The notes under the pieces are model-generated. The model saw nothing but the letters and a program-made list of their open reading frames with translations. It had not been told where the DNA came from and did no database searches. Below, in pieces: positions 12,426 through 22,119 of a stretch of DNA of 32,276 nt; within the stretch, counting starts at the first letter, position 1; every line of letters starts with the position of its first letter. The stretch spans positions 23,199,498 to 23,231,773 of the forward strand of contig NC_069002.1 of the NCBI RefSeq assembly GCF_001194135.2, written 5' to 3'. The translations under genes and the position numbers were made by a program. This stretch comes from Octopus bimaculoides. Lineage: Eukaryota.

Positions 12426-12552
12426 TATGCATATAAGTGTAAATATGAGTATGTGTGTATGCATGCATATCTGTTTCTGTGCATATATACGTGTGTGTGT
12501 ATATATACATACATACACACATAAATATGCATATTTGTTTCTGTGCATATAC

Positions 12553-12593
<41 letters not shown>

Positions 12594-12595
12594 TT

Positions 12596-12843
12596 CAAAA
12601 AAACACAAAAAACAATAACAAAAAAACAACAAAGTGAGGACGTGATACGGATAGTGTTATTGGACGCTCGGGAAAGGAAGGTGAGAGAGTATGACGTTTC
12701 GGGCGGAACCCTTCGTCGGAAAGACAGAAAGTTCGGAGAATGGAAAAATGGAGGAAGAGGAAAATGGCACCGATGCCCACGAGGTTACATTGTGAAAGGA
12801 CCGGAAGAGGAGGTGGTGGGGGAAAAGTTCTTTCTAAGACAGG
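12596..12843 (-). mobile_element. CpG-rich 3' end of a probable Penelope-like element, with hammerhead-like core at 12693-12719
   Basis: Minus strand ttt CCGACGA a ggg-ttccg-ccc GAAA c GTC ata, the CTGANGAAG...CGAAACGTC pattern typical of Penelope pseudo-LTRs. Locally high CpG count. The rest is lost in the gap 12844-13245. Confidence 0.6.
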
Positions 12844-13245
12844 NNNNNNNNNNNNNNNNNNNNNNNNNNNNNNNNNNNNNNNNNNNNNNNNNNNNNNNNN
12901 NNNNNNNNNNNNNNNNNNNNNNNNNNNNNNNNNNNNNNNNNNNNNNNNNNNNNNNNNNNNNNNNNNNNNNNNNNNNNNNNNNNNNNNNNNNNNNNNNNNN
13001 NNNNNNNNNNNNNNNNNNNNNNNNNNNNNNNNNNNNNNNNNNNNNNNNNNNNNNNNNNNNNNNNNNNNNNNNNNNNNNNNNNNNNNNNNNNNNNNNNNNN
13101 NNNNNNNNNNNNNNNNNNNNNNNNNNNNNNNNNNNNNNNNNNNNNNNNNNNNNNNNNNNNNNNNNNNNNNNNNNNNNNNNNNNNNNNNNNNNNNNNNNNN
13201 NNNNNNNNNNNNNNNNNNNNNNNNNNNNNNNNNNNNNNNNNNNNN

Positions 13246-13660
13246 GTGTACGTGTATGTGTGTGTTTGTGTATGTGAGAGGTGTGTGTGCATGTGTGTAT
13301 GTGTATGTGTGTGTTTATGTGTGTGTGCGTGCATATGTGTGTGAGAGCGTAAGGATGTGTACCAGGTATGTGTGTTATTTTGTGTGTGGGCGGTATATAT
13401 GTAAGGTGTGTGAGAGGTGGGTGTGTTAGGTGTATGGGAGGTATGTGAGGTATGTGTGAATGGGGGTATATATGGGTTATGTGTGCAAGGGTGTGTATGC
13501 TTGGGTGTGTGTGTGTGTGTATGCGCAAGTGTGCGTGTGTATGTGCGTTTGTATAAGTGTATGGGCGAGTCTGAGCGTGTAAGTGCATGCATGTGTTGTG
13601 TGTGTGTGGTGTGTTGGGGGGTAGGTGTGCTTACATGTGTGTGTATGGGTGCGTGATATA
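13246..13660. repeat. Degenerate (GT)n-rich low-complexity tract
   Basis: Direct read; source of the VC/HT-rich ORFs. Confidence 0.9.
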
Positions 13661-13840
13661 TATATATATATATATTTATATATGCATATCTCTTTCTGTG
13701 CATATATGTGTGTATATGTGTGTGATATATAAATATATATATATAGCATTAGTTTGTCTATGTATCTATATATCTAACTATATTAACCTACCTGCCTTTT
13801 CCTATCTCTTTCTCTCACCCTCTATGTATGTATGTATATT

Positions 13841-13879
<39 letters not shown>

Positions 13880-14159
13880 TCTGGAAAGCTTTCTATGCTT
13901 TTTTCATTATTATTTAATGTAAAACATCAAAAAACGTAACTCCAACCATGACATCCCATAAAGGCACACACAGAATGATGGCAAACAAAATTGCATTTTG
14001 TTTTGTCTCATCTCTGGGTTACCTTTTGCATCACTGAAACTTTTCATCTTGGTCACATGACAAAACATATCGCTATTGGAAACGGCCTCTCCTGGTCTTT
14101 CTGTCCGTCTGCCTGTCTGTTCTTTTTGTGTCCAATCACAGTTTTATTAATATCTGATA

Positions 14160-14290
14160 CACACATGGCCAAGTGGTTCAGGTGTTCAGCTCAGCATGTT
14201 GCCTGGGTCAGGCAACATGCTGTGGCCTTGAGCAAGGTGCTTCATTTCACATTGACCATGTCTTTTCAGTTGTGAGCAACAACCAACAAT
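14160..14290 (+). mobile_element. tRNA-like SINE head fragment
   Basis: cacatggccaagtggttcagg...gtggccttgagcaaggtgcttcatttcac. Confidence 0.65.
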
Positions 14291-14299
14291 GGATGTAGC

Positions 14300-14406
14300 T
14301 CTTCCTTCCCTCTCTCTCCCTCTCTCTTCCACTCCCTCTCTCTTCCACTCCCTCTCTCTCCCTCTCCCTCTCTCTTCCACTCCCTCTCTCTCCCTCTCTC
14401 TCCATC
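14300..14406. repeat. CT-rich minisatellite (ctctcttccactccctct-like unit) running into a gap
   Basis: tctcttccactccctctct is repeated three times before the N-run. Confidence 0.85.
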
Positions 14407-15509
14407 NNNNNNNNNNNNNNNNNNNNNNNNNNNNNNNNNNNNNNNNNNNNNNNNNNNNNNNNNNNNNNNNNNNNNNNNNNNNNNNNNNNNNNNNNNNNNN
14501 NNNNNNNNNNNNNNNNNNNNNNNNNNNNNNNNNNNNNNNNNNNNNNNNNNNNNNNNNNNNNNNNNNNNNNNNNNNNNNNNNNNNNNNNNNNNNNNNNNNN
14601 NNNNNNNNNNNNNNNNNNNNNNNNNNNNNNNNNNNNNNNNNNNNNNNNNNNNNNNNNNNNNNNNNNNNNNNNNNNNNNNNNNNNNNNNNNNNNNNNNNNN
14701 NNNNNNNNNNNNNNNNNNNNNNNNNNNNNNNNNNNNNNNNNNNNNNNNNNNNNNNNNNNNNNNNNNNNNNNNNNNNNNNNNNNNNNNNNNNNNNNNNNNN
14801 NNNNNNNNNNNNNNNNNNNNNNNNNNNNNNNNNNNNNNNNNNNNNNNNNNNNNNNNNNNNNNNNNNNNNNNNNNNNNNNNNNNNNNNNNNNNNNNNNNNN
14901 NNNNNNNNNNNNNNNNNNNNNNNNNNNNNNNNNNNNNNNNNNNNNNNNNNNNNNNNNNNNNNNNNNNNNNNNNNNNNNNNNNNNNNNNNNNNNNNNNNNN
15001 NNNNNNNNNNNNNNNNNNNNNNNNNNNNNNNNNNNNNNNNNNNNNNNNNNNNNNNNNNNNNNNNNNNNNNNNNNNNNNNNNNNNNNNNNNNNNNNNNNNN
15101 NNNNNNNNNNNNNNNNNNNNNNNNNNNNNNNNNNNNNNNNNNNNNNNNNNNNNNNNNNNNNNNNNNNNNNNNNNACACACACACACACACACTGTAATCT
15201 TTACTTTCATTCAAAGTTAATACACAAAAATGAAAACGAAAGAAAAAAAAAACGAAAATGAAAACAAAAAAACAAAACAAATACCATTTTAAGTCTTTAA
15301 TATTGTAAATCTTAAAATGAAATGTAAATCTTTTCAGGATTTATTGATGAGAACTAATAAGTTTGAAATGCTACGGTCTATTGAGGGGAAAAATGCAGGA
15401 GATTTGAAGAAAATAAAAATTAAATCTGTAACAAGATAACAATAACTCTATCTTTGAAACTTTACTGGATACATACATATTATATGTGTATACATGTGTG
15501 TGTGTGTGT

Positions 15510-15554
<45 letters not shown>

Positions 15555-16039
15555 TGTGAATATATACATATATAAGCACACAAACACACACACAGAAGAA
15601 GAAAGAAGGTGAGTGGATGGGTTGCAGTCTCCATTAGAATGATGAAATCCTCTCAGAGATAGAAAAAAAGAATATAACGGAGATGAAAGAGGATGAAAAA
15701 TGAGACTTTGGTCTCCACAAACTGGATATTTTAAGTAGATGTGTGGGTGTGTGTACCTGTTTATATATGTGTGTGTGTGTGTATATATATATGTATAGGG
15801 TGTTAGATGTGTATAGAGTGTAAGGTATATATATATATATATATGAGATTCTATCTGTGAGATTCTCAGCTTTTTTAGCTGCTATTTCTGAACTTCGGTA
15901 TATGGTGAAGCAAATATTTTGCTGATCCCTTAATTATATTTATAAATATATGAACTTTTGAATAAGTTCTCCACCAATAATGGTGCTTTCATACCGATGG
16001 GCTTGGTAAANNNNNNNNNNNNNNNNNNNNNNNNNNNNN

Positions 16040-16110
16040 TTCGTCCTAATTTTGGGACTGCCATGTTGGCTTGGCGATAACTATTAATTTCCAGTACCGC
16101 TGCCGTAGTC
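16040..16110. repeat. Diverged relative of the inverted-repeat arm of the 16766-17042 insert
   Basis: ttcgtcc-taattttg-ggactgccatgtt..ttggc vs ttcgtcc-taaacca-ggactgccatgtt..ttggc at 16937-16971. Confidence 0.7.
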
Positions 16111-16185
16111 TCCTTTAGAGAGACTTAGAAATATTAATAACTCTATATATATATATATATATATGTATGTACACACACACATACA

Positions 16186-16480
16186 CAATAACTTGCAAAA
16201 GTTTACAACACACAGTTAAAAGATCCAAGTTTACATTTCGTGAGTTAACGCAGGTTAATGAAGTTTCCACCATTTATGAAGATTTTTGGAATAAATTCAA
16301 TACAGGAATCAGAATGACATAATGATGAACAGAAAAAGTTTTATATGGAAGAAAGTTGAAATTCCAGACGCGAAAGTTTACAACACATAAATGGTGGAAA
16401 TTCCATTAACCTGCGTTAACTCACTACTATATGTAAACTTGGATTTTTGGCTGTGTCTTGTAAAATTTTGTGGGTCACTG
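16186..16480. mobile_element. Tc1/mariner-type MITE, 295 bp, about 90-bp imperfect TIRs
   Basis: Left arm 16186-16277 pairs with right arm 16387-16480 (gtgagttaacgcaggttaatg / cattaacctgcgttaactcac). Right end is ...CACTG followed by TA, the typical Tc1 CAGTG terminus. Confidence 0.8.
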
Positions 16481-16570
16481 TATAAATGGGTATTTGTGTG
16501 TGTGTGCATGCATCTATGTGTGTGTGTGTGTGTGTGTGTGTTTATATATATGTATATATTTATTTATATA

Positions 16571-18115
16571 TGAGAGTTGGCTGAAAAGATCATAGGCCGA
16601 CCAAGATACTCTCAAGGAATCTGATCAAGCGAGGTTTATTTTTCAACATAGTACCCCCTTGTAATTCACACACTTCTTCTATTGGTGTTGCAGTGTTTGG
16701 ATCCCATTGGGGAAGGAGCTTTCATTCTGTTGGTCAAAAAAAGTCATCAACAGTAGATATGACGTAGTAAAGATTGTTTGCCAGCATAACATGGCAGTCC
16801 TGGTTTAGGACGAATGTTTTCGAACAAGGGAATCTAGCACCCCCACTCAGATTCCCTTGTTCGAAAATATAAGGACACAGATCGTGTCATATAGCCAGCT
16901 GGAGACGATGCCTCCTGGGGCTAAATTACAGCAGCATTCGTCCTAAACCAGGACTGCCATGTTATGTTGGCAAATAATCTTTACTCCAAAGTACTGTTGC
17001 TGAATATCTCTCGTTGTGAAATTTTAAAATAGTCATTTTCTAAGTAGATATGACGTCATCATCACTGTGATACTGGTTCCCAGCCAAGTGTTTCTCATGT
17101 TGGTGAACAGATGATATTCAGATGAGGTCAATTAAGGACAATGGGAAGGATGATCTACCAGTTCAAAGCCACAAACACACACAGCAGCCATTGAAATCAA
17201 TAACTTGCATGCTCAAGCATTGTCTTGATGAAACAAGACCCCCTTTGTCAGATTTTCTGGGCTTTTGGCCTTGATAGCCTTTTGTAACTGCCTCAGCAAG
17301 TTGGCATAGTTCACTCCATTGATGATGTGGCCTTTTTGAAGATAGTCAATAAACACAATGCATTTTGCATCCAAAAGAACTGAGGCCACCATCTTCCCTG
17401 CAGATAAAACAACTTTGCCTTCTTTGGAGGGGTGTTTCCTCTGCATGGATTGTCTCTTTGTCTCTGGCTGAATCTAATACTCAATGAGGGTAAGGAAACA
17501 TGCAAGAAAACCAGCTGGATCTGCCTGAAACAATATCAGATTCTCCCATGATGTGATCAGCTTTTGATCAGGTGTCGGATGATGTGGCACCCACCAAGCA
17601 GAAACCTTTTGTCATGCCAAGTTCATTGTGCCAAATATTCTCAACTCTCTCATAGGATATGCTAATGGTATTGGCTATTTGATTTGTAGTCAATCATGTG
17701 TTATCTATTACCATGTGGTGAACACCATTAATGTTTTCCTCTGCGGTGGCAGTTGCAGGACGTCCAGACAGTGAGTCATCTTCAAGACTCTCCTTTCCTC
17801 TCCTAAATTCAGCTGTCCACTTTTGCCCTGTTGATAAAGCTGGAGTGGTCATCCCCAAACGTAGCAACCATGTCAGCATGAATGTTGTTGGGGGCTAAAC
17901 CCTTTTTCCTGTGGGTACAAATTTTGTCAGTTTGTAAGACAAATCGATAGTAGTTCCTTTTGAAGTCTCTTTTGAACGGTGAGATGTCAGTTTAACTGGA
18001 AAGAAACAATGCAGTTATTAATAAGAAGAGTTGAAATTAATGCATGCAAGATTTCACAGCTCTAGCACCACTCCTTCATAGTCAGCCTATGAACTTTTCA
18101 GCCCCACCACCATCA
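16571..18115 (-). mobile_element. Full-length defective mariner (irritans-like), about 1.25 kb plus nested insert
   Basis: TIRs ggctgaaaagatcataggccgac / gtcagcctatgaacttttcagcc, TA on both sides. Track ORFs give WTAEFRRGKESLEDDSLSGRPATAT and SAGKMVASVLLDAKCIVFIDYLQKGHIINGVNYANLLRQL...KGVLFHQDNA. Confidence 0.93.
16766..17042. mobile_element. 277-bp unclassified hairpin element inserted in the mariner, 14-bp TSD
   Basis: Perfect direct repeat agtagatatgacgt at 16752-16765 and 17043-17056. 51-bp inverted repeats (16766-16816 / 16935-16985, 49/51). Perfect 19-bp inner hairpin 16817-16867. 57-nt one-sided tail 16986-17042. Confidence 0.88.
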
Positions 18116-18131
18116 TATGTATATAGTTAGG

Positions 18132-18220
18132 TGCAGGCATGACTGTGTGGTTAAGGAGTTTGTTTCCCAACCTTATGGTTTCAGGTTCAATTCTGTTGTG
18201 CAATGCATTGGGCAAGGCTT
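18132..18220 (+). mobile_element. SINE family A head fragment
   Basis: gcaggcatgactgtgtggttaaggagtttgtttcccaacc...ggttcaattc. Confidence 0.7.
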
Positions 18221-18349
18221 GTGTATGTATGTATGTATGTATGTGTGTGTGTGTGTGTGTATGTGTGTGGATGTATATATATGTGTGTATATATGTATAA
18301 ACATGTGTGTGTGTATAATGTGTTTTTATATATTTATTTGTGTTTCATC

Positions 18350-18760
18350 TTTTACTTCTTTCAGTCATTAGACTGTGGCCATACTGGAGAACCACCCTGA
18401 AGGGTCTATTGAAACAAAGTGACCCCAGGACATGTGTTTTTTTAATCTAGTACCTATTCTATTGGTCTGTTTTAGCCAAATCACTAAGTTACAGGGATAT
18501 AAACAAACCAACAACATTTGTCAAGCAGTGGTTGGAGACACACGCACACACACACATCCATGAATAATTCTCCCATTGTTCCAATGTGCATTCATACATA
18601 AATAATTTATATATGATGGGCTTCTTTTCAGTTTCTGTCTACTAAATCCATTCACCAGGCTTTAACTGACCCAGGGCCATAGCAGAAGATATTTGAAGAA
18701 GGTGCCATATAGTGGGATTGAAGCTGGAACCATTCAGTTATGAAGAAAACTTCTTATCAT
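18350..18760 (-). mobile_element. SINE family A, near full length, diverged
   Basis: ttcagtcattagactgtggccatactgg...ctagtacctattctattgg...gggcttcttttcagtttctgtctac...gggattgaagctggaacc. Confidence 0.85.
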
Positions 18761-18777
18761 ACAATGTCTATCTCTGT

Positions 18778-18907
18778 TCTATATTTAGGAGATGAGGAAT
18801 TATATACATTATTTACATTATTTACATTTGATGGGCATATGGCGTAGTGGTTAAGAGTGTGGGCTACTAACCCCAAGATTCCGAATTCGATTCCACACAG
18901 TGACCTG

Positions 18908-18963
<56 letters not shown>

Positions 18964-19120
18964 CAACAACAACATTGACAAATACTTTAGGAATGAGAAC
19001 CCAGGTTTGAAGTTTCCCCAAGACACTTGATGAAGGCTGGAGGGTATATCAACCGAAACGTGTTAACAACAAACAAGATGAGGACAAATATCCATCAAAT
19101 GTTAATAATGTAAATAATGT
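18778..19120 (+). mobile_element. tRNA-headed SINE with hammerhead-like 3' region, inverted copy of its 3' end at the 5' side, and 15-bp TSD
   Basis: TSD aatgtctatctctgt at 18763-18777 and 19116-19130. IR 18806-18834 / 19092-19120 (28/29). A box tggcgtagtggttaag, B box gaattcgattcc. Internal (AAT)n(AAC)n. Hammerhead-like gacac TTGATGA a ggctgg..tcaacc GAAAC at 19022-19064. Confidence 0.85.
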
Positions 19121-19131
19121 CTATCTCTGTC

Positions 19132-19188
<57 letters not shown>

Positions 19189-19189
19189 A

Positions 19190-19495
19190 CCTGACACTCC
19201 ATCAGTTATGACAACGAGAGTACCAGTTGATCTGATCAACTGAACAGCCTGCTCATGAAATTCACAAGCAAATGGCTGAATATTCCACAGACATGTGTAC
19301 TCTTAATGTACTTCTCAGGGAGATTCAGGCTGACCCTTTGAAATCACAGGTACTACTCATTTTTCCCAGCTGCATGGATTGGAGCAATGTGAAACGAAGT
19401 GTCTTGCTCAAGGACACAACACATTGCTGGGAATTGAACTCATGACCATATGACCATGAGTTGAATCCCTTAACCACTAAGCCATGTGCTTTCAG
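19190..19495 (-). mobile_element. tRNA-derived SINE family D
   Basis: ctgacactcc...ccagttgatctgatcaac...gaacagcctg...gtgtcttgctcaaggacacaac...gggaattgaactc...ttaaccactaagccatgtgc. Second copy at 20650-20927. Confidence 0.88.
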
Positions 19496-19795
19496 TTAGA
19501 TATGTATATGTGATGGTAAAAAGGTCTACCTGGAGGTTCTTGTTTCAATCCTACTGCATGAAATCTTTAGCAAATGTTATTTTGTATATCCTTGGGCTGA
19601 CCCATGCATTGTGAGTGAAATTGGGTTTGTGGAAATTGTACTGAAGCTCATCAGGTGGATTATGTCTGTAATTCAAAATGTACAGCCTTGTCATACAATG
19701 TATTACTCTGATTCTGCCAGAGATTCCCAAGTCTGTGGAGTACTTGGCCACTTACATGTTAATTTTGGACTTGGCCTATTTGGTTAGTGGAACAA

Positions 19796-20533
19796 TTAAT
19801 CTTTTAAGATTTAAACCAGGCATATCCGGCCCAAATATTTTACCTGTTTTTTTTTTTTAAAAAACCAATCAGGTGTGAGAGCCCAGATTTCACACCTGCA
19901 AATGTCCATTCTAAGAAGAAAACTCATTTTTCATTGTTGGAATCTCAAAGCTACAAGATATCCTTTTCTTTTCTTTTATTCTTTTAATTAGCTGCACTCA
20001 TTTGACTGTGGCCATGCTGGAGCACTGCTTTTAATCAAAGAAATTAACTCCAGGACTTATTCTTTGTAAGCCTGGTACTTATTCTATTGGTCTGTTTTGC
20101 TGAACCACCAAGTTACAGGGATGTAAACATACCAACATCAGTTGTCAAGCAATAGTGGGGGGACAAAGACAGACATGCTTACATGTATACACACATGTAT
20201 ATACATACATACATACATACAAATATGTATATATGCCGGGCTTCTTTCAGTTTCCGTCTACCAAATCCATTCACAAGGCTTTGGTTGGCCTGAGGCTATA
20301 GTAGAAGACACTTGCCCAAGGTGCCATNNNNNNNNNNGTAGAAGACACTTGCCCAAGGTGCCATGCAGTGGGACTGAACCCGGAACCATGTGGTTGGTAA
20401 GCAAGCTTCTTACCACTCAGCCACTCCTGACACTCATGATTAATTCAAAACAAGATAGTGCATGATTAATTTGAAACAATGGTAAAAATAAGAATTAAAT
20501 TTGACAGAGGAATCTGAATGCTAAAAGATTTAA
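19796..20533. mobile_element. TTAA-flanked MITE interrupted by a SINE
   Basis: TTAA at 19796-19799 and 20530-20533 with decayed TIRs (tcttttaagatt / aatgctaaaagat). The two halves 19796-19960 and 20430-20533 align with 10893-11085. Confidence 0.7.
19975..20426 (-). mobile_element. SINE family A, full length (contains a 10-N gap)
   Basis: catttgactgtggccatgctggagc...gccgggcttctttcagtttccgtctacc...gggactgaacccggaaccatgtggttggtaagcaagc. Confidence 0.92.
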
Positions 20534-20649
20534 TCCTCATCATTTCATTTCAAATTTGCATACTTCTGCAAATCTCATCAAAATATGTGTTTGATGCAAA
20601 TCTCTTTAAAATGCAAATATCATTTCAGTATACATGACATGCTTAACTA

Positions 20650-20927
20650 ACTGACACTCCGCCGGTTATGGTGATGAAGGTTCCAGTCAATCCAATCATC
20701 AGAACAGCCTGTTTGTGCAATTAACGTGCAAGTGGCTTACATTATACGGGATATGACAAGGCTGGCCCTTCTGTAATTACAGGTACACCTCGTTTTTTTC
20801 TAGCTGAGTAGACTGGAACAATGAAAAGAAATGTGTCTCACTCAGGCACACAACACACTGCTGGGAATTGAACTCATGACCTTAAGATTAAGAGCTCAAT
20901 AACCAAACCGCTGAGCCATGCACCTTG
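20650..20927 (-). mobile_element. tRNA-derived SINE family D
   Basis: ctgacactccgccggttatgg...gaacagcctg...caaggctggccct...ctgggaattgaactcatgacc...gagccatgcacc. Confidence 0.85.
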
Positions 20928-20947
20928 CTAACCCTAACCCTAACCCT
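20928..20947. repeat. Three units of telomeric-type (TAACCC)n
   Basis: ctaaccctaaccctaaccct read directly. Confidence 0.8.
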
Positions 20948-21019
20948 ATTAATTGCACATCTTATCTTTCCATAGAAATATCACTCTTTTTTTATATTGG
21001 ATTTAAGGCTGTTATTGTA

Positions 21020-21660
21020 TTCCTTAGCTTTGGTTTGTGTGGAGGATCTTTTTGCAGAAAGCCGTTTTCTGTAAAACAAGTGCTTTGGAATTCTTCCATC
21101 TCCCACACAAATCAGTTGGCGCATGCGTCTCAGTCCGCTTTATTGCAAGAGAAATTCTATATTTACAACATTCCCTGTCTCCATGACTTAAACATTCACT
21201 CTCACAGTCACTCCAAGATATATGCAACATTTGTCAAAGATGCTTTTACTGCAGAACACTCCAGCTGATTAATGCATCCTTGAATATTTCAGCTCCATGT
21301 TTCACTGCCAGATAACAAAATAAATGAAATACATGTTCTGAAAATAGATATTTAATAGAATTTTTTGATATATCATCGAGGTCAAACCAAAGATTGTAAT
21401 TTTGCAAAAGATATCCATGATTTCTGAATTCTGTTTGCAATTTCACCATCAAGATATGTACCCCTGTTTAATATTCTGCCAAGATATTTGAAGGAAGATA
21501 TATTTTTCAAAGTTCTACCAAATAGTATTAATTTAGGATTTGCATAAAACTTTACTGGACAAGGCTGATAAACAACATTTTTATGAAGATTTATTGTGTG
21601 TTCTGACATGTTACATACCAATGAGATTCTATCCATAAAAATTTCAAGATCTTTTTCATT
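21020..21660 (-). pseudogene. RTE-clade (BovB-like) LINE fragment, RT thumb and C-terminus
   Basis: Track ORF MDRISLVCN...TINLHKNVVYQPCPVKFYANPKL...FKYLGRIL...LDGEIANRIQKSWISFAKL resembles RTE MDRFSxAC..FGLTIS.KKT.V..QPAPG..Y..P.I...KFTYLGS.LS....DDE...RI.KAS.AFGRL. Frameshifted. Confidence 0.85.
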
Positions 21661-22119
21661 GTGTATGACAGTATATGTATATGTATATATGTCTGTGTAT
21701 ATGGATATGTGTGTGTAAGCCTGTATCAGATTTTTTTTTAATTTTCTCTTTCTTTTCCTCTTAATCTTGTTCAGATTTGCTTTACTGTTTGCTTCAGTTT
21801 ATCTATATACTAGTACACCCTTACCAGCAAAAATGGAAACATTAAAAAAAATAATAAAAGATAAAACTGATATTTAATAAATACATTGACATAACATACA
21901 TATATTTTCTATTGTTAATATAAATCAGTTGTTTAAAATGTATTACTATTATTAAACTATACATATTGTAATGCACATCTGTAGTATACATTTCAAGCAT
22001 TACACATATACATTGTAGAGTTTATGTGTATCATACATTGGCGAACATAATTTAGATGTTCATTTACTTTTGCAAGGTGTGAAAGTGATACAAAGAGAAG
22101 TAACTGGGCCAAGCTCATG

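Noticed and set aside
14020-14150. Minus-strand AG/GTAACC donor with an open frame (…RPGEAVSNSDMFCHVTKMKSFSDAK)
   Set aside because: No upstream acceptor with a pyrimidine tract and no homology recognised.
15337-15438. ttttcag acceptor followed by DLLMRTNKFEMLRSIEGKNAGDLKKIKIKSVTR*
   Set aside because: Short, no good donor site, no partner exons and no recognised protein. Only RNA-seq could rescue it.
16766-16985. CRISPR-like or prokaryotic terminator reading of the inverted repeats
   Set aside because: Eukaryotic context, no repeat-spacer array and no associated genes.
18836-18910. tRNA-like sequences here and at the other SINE heads
   Set aside because: No complete cloverleaf, and they run on into repeat bodies; these are SINE heads, not tRNA genes.
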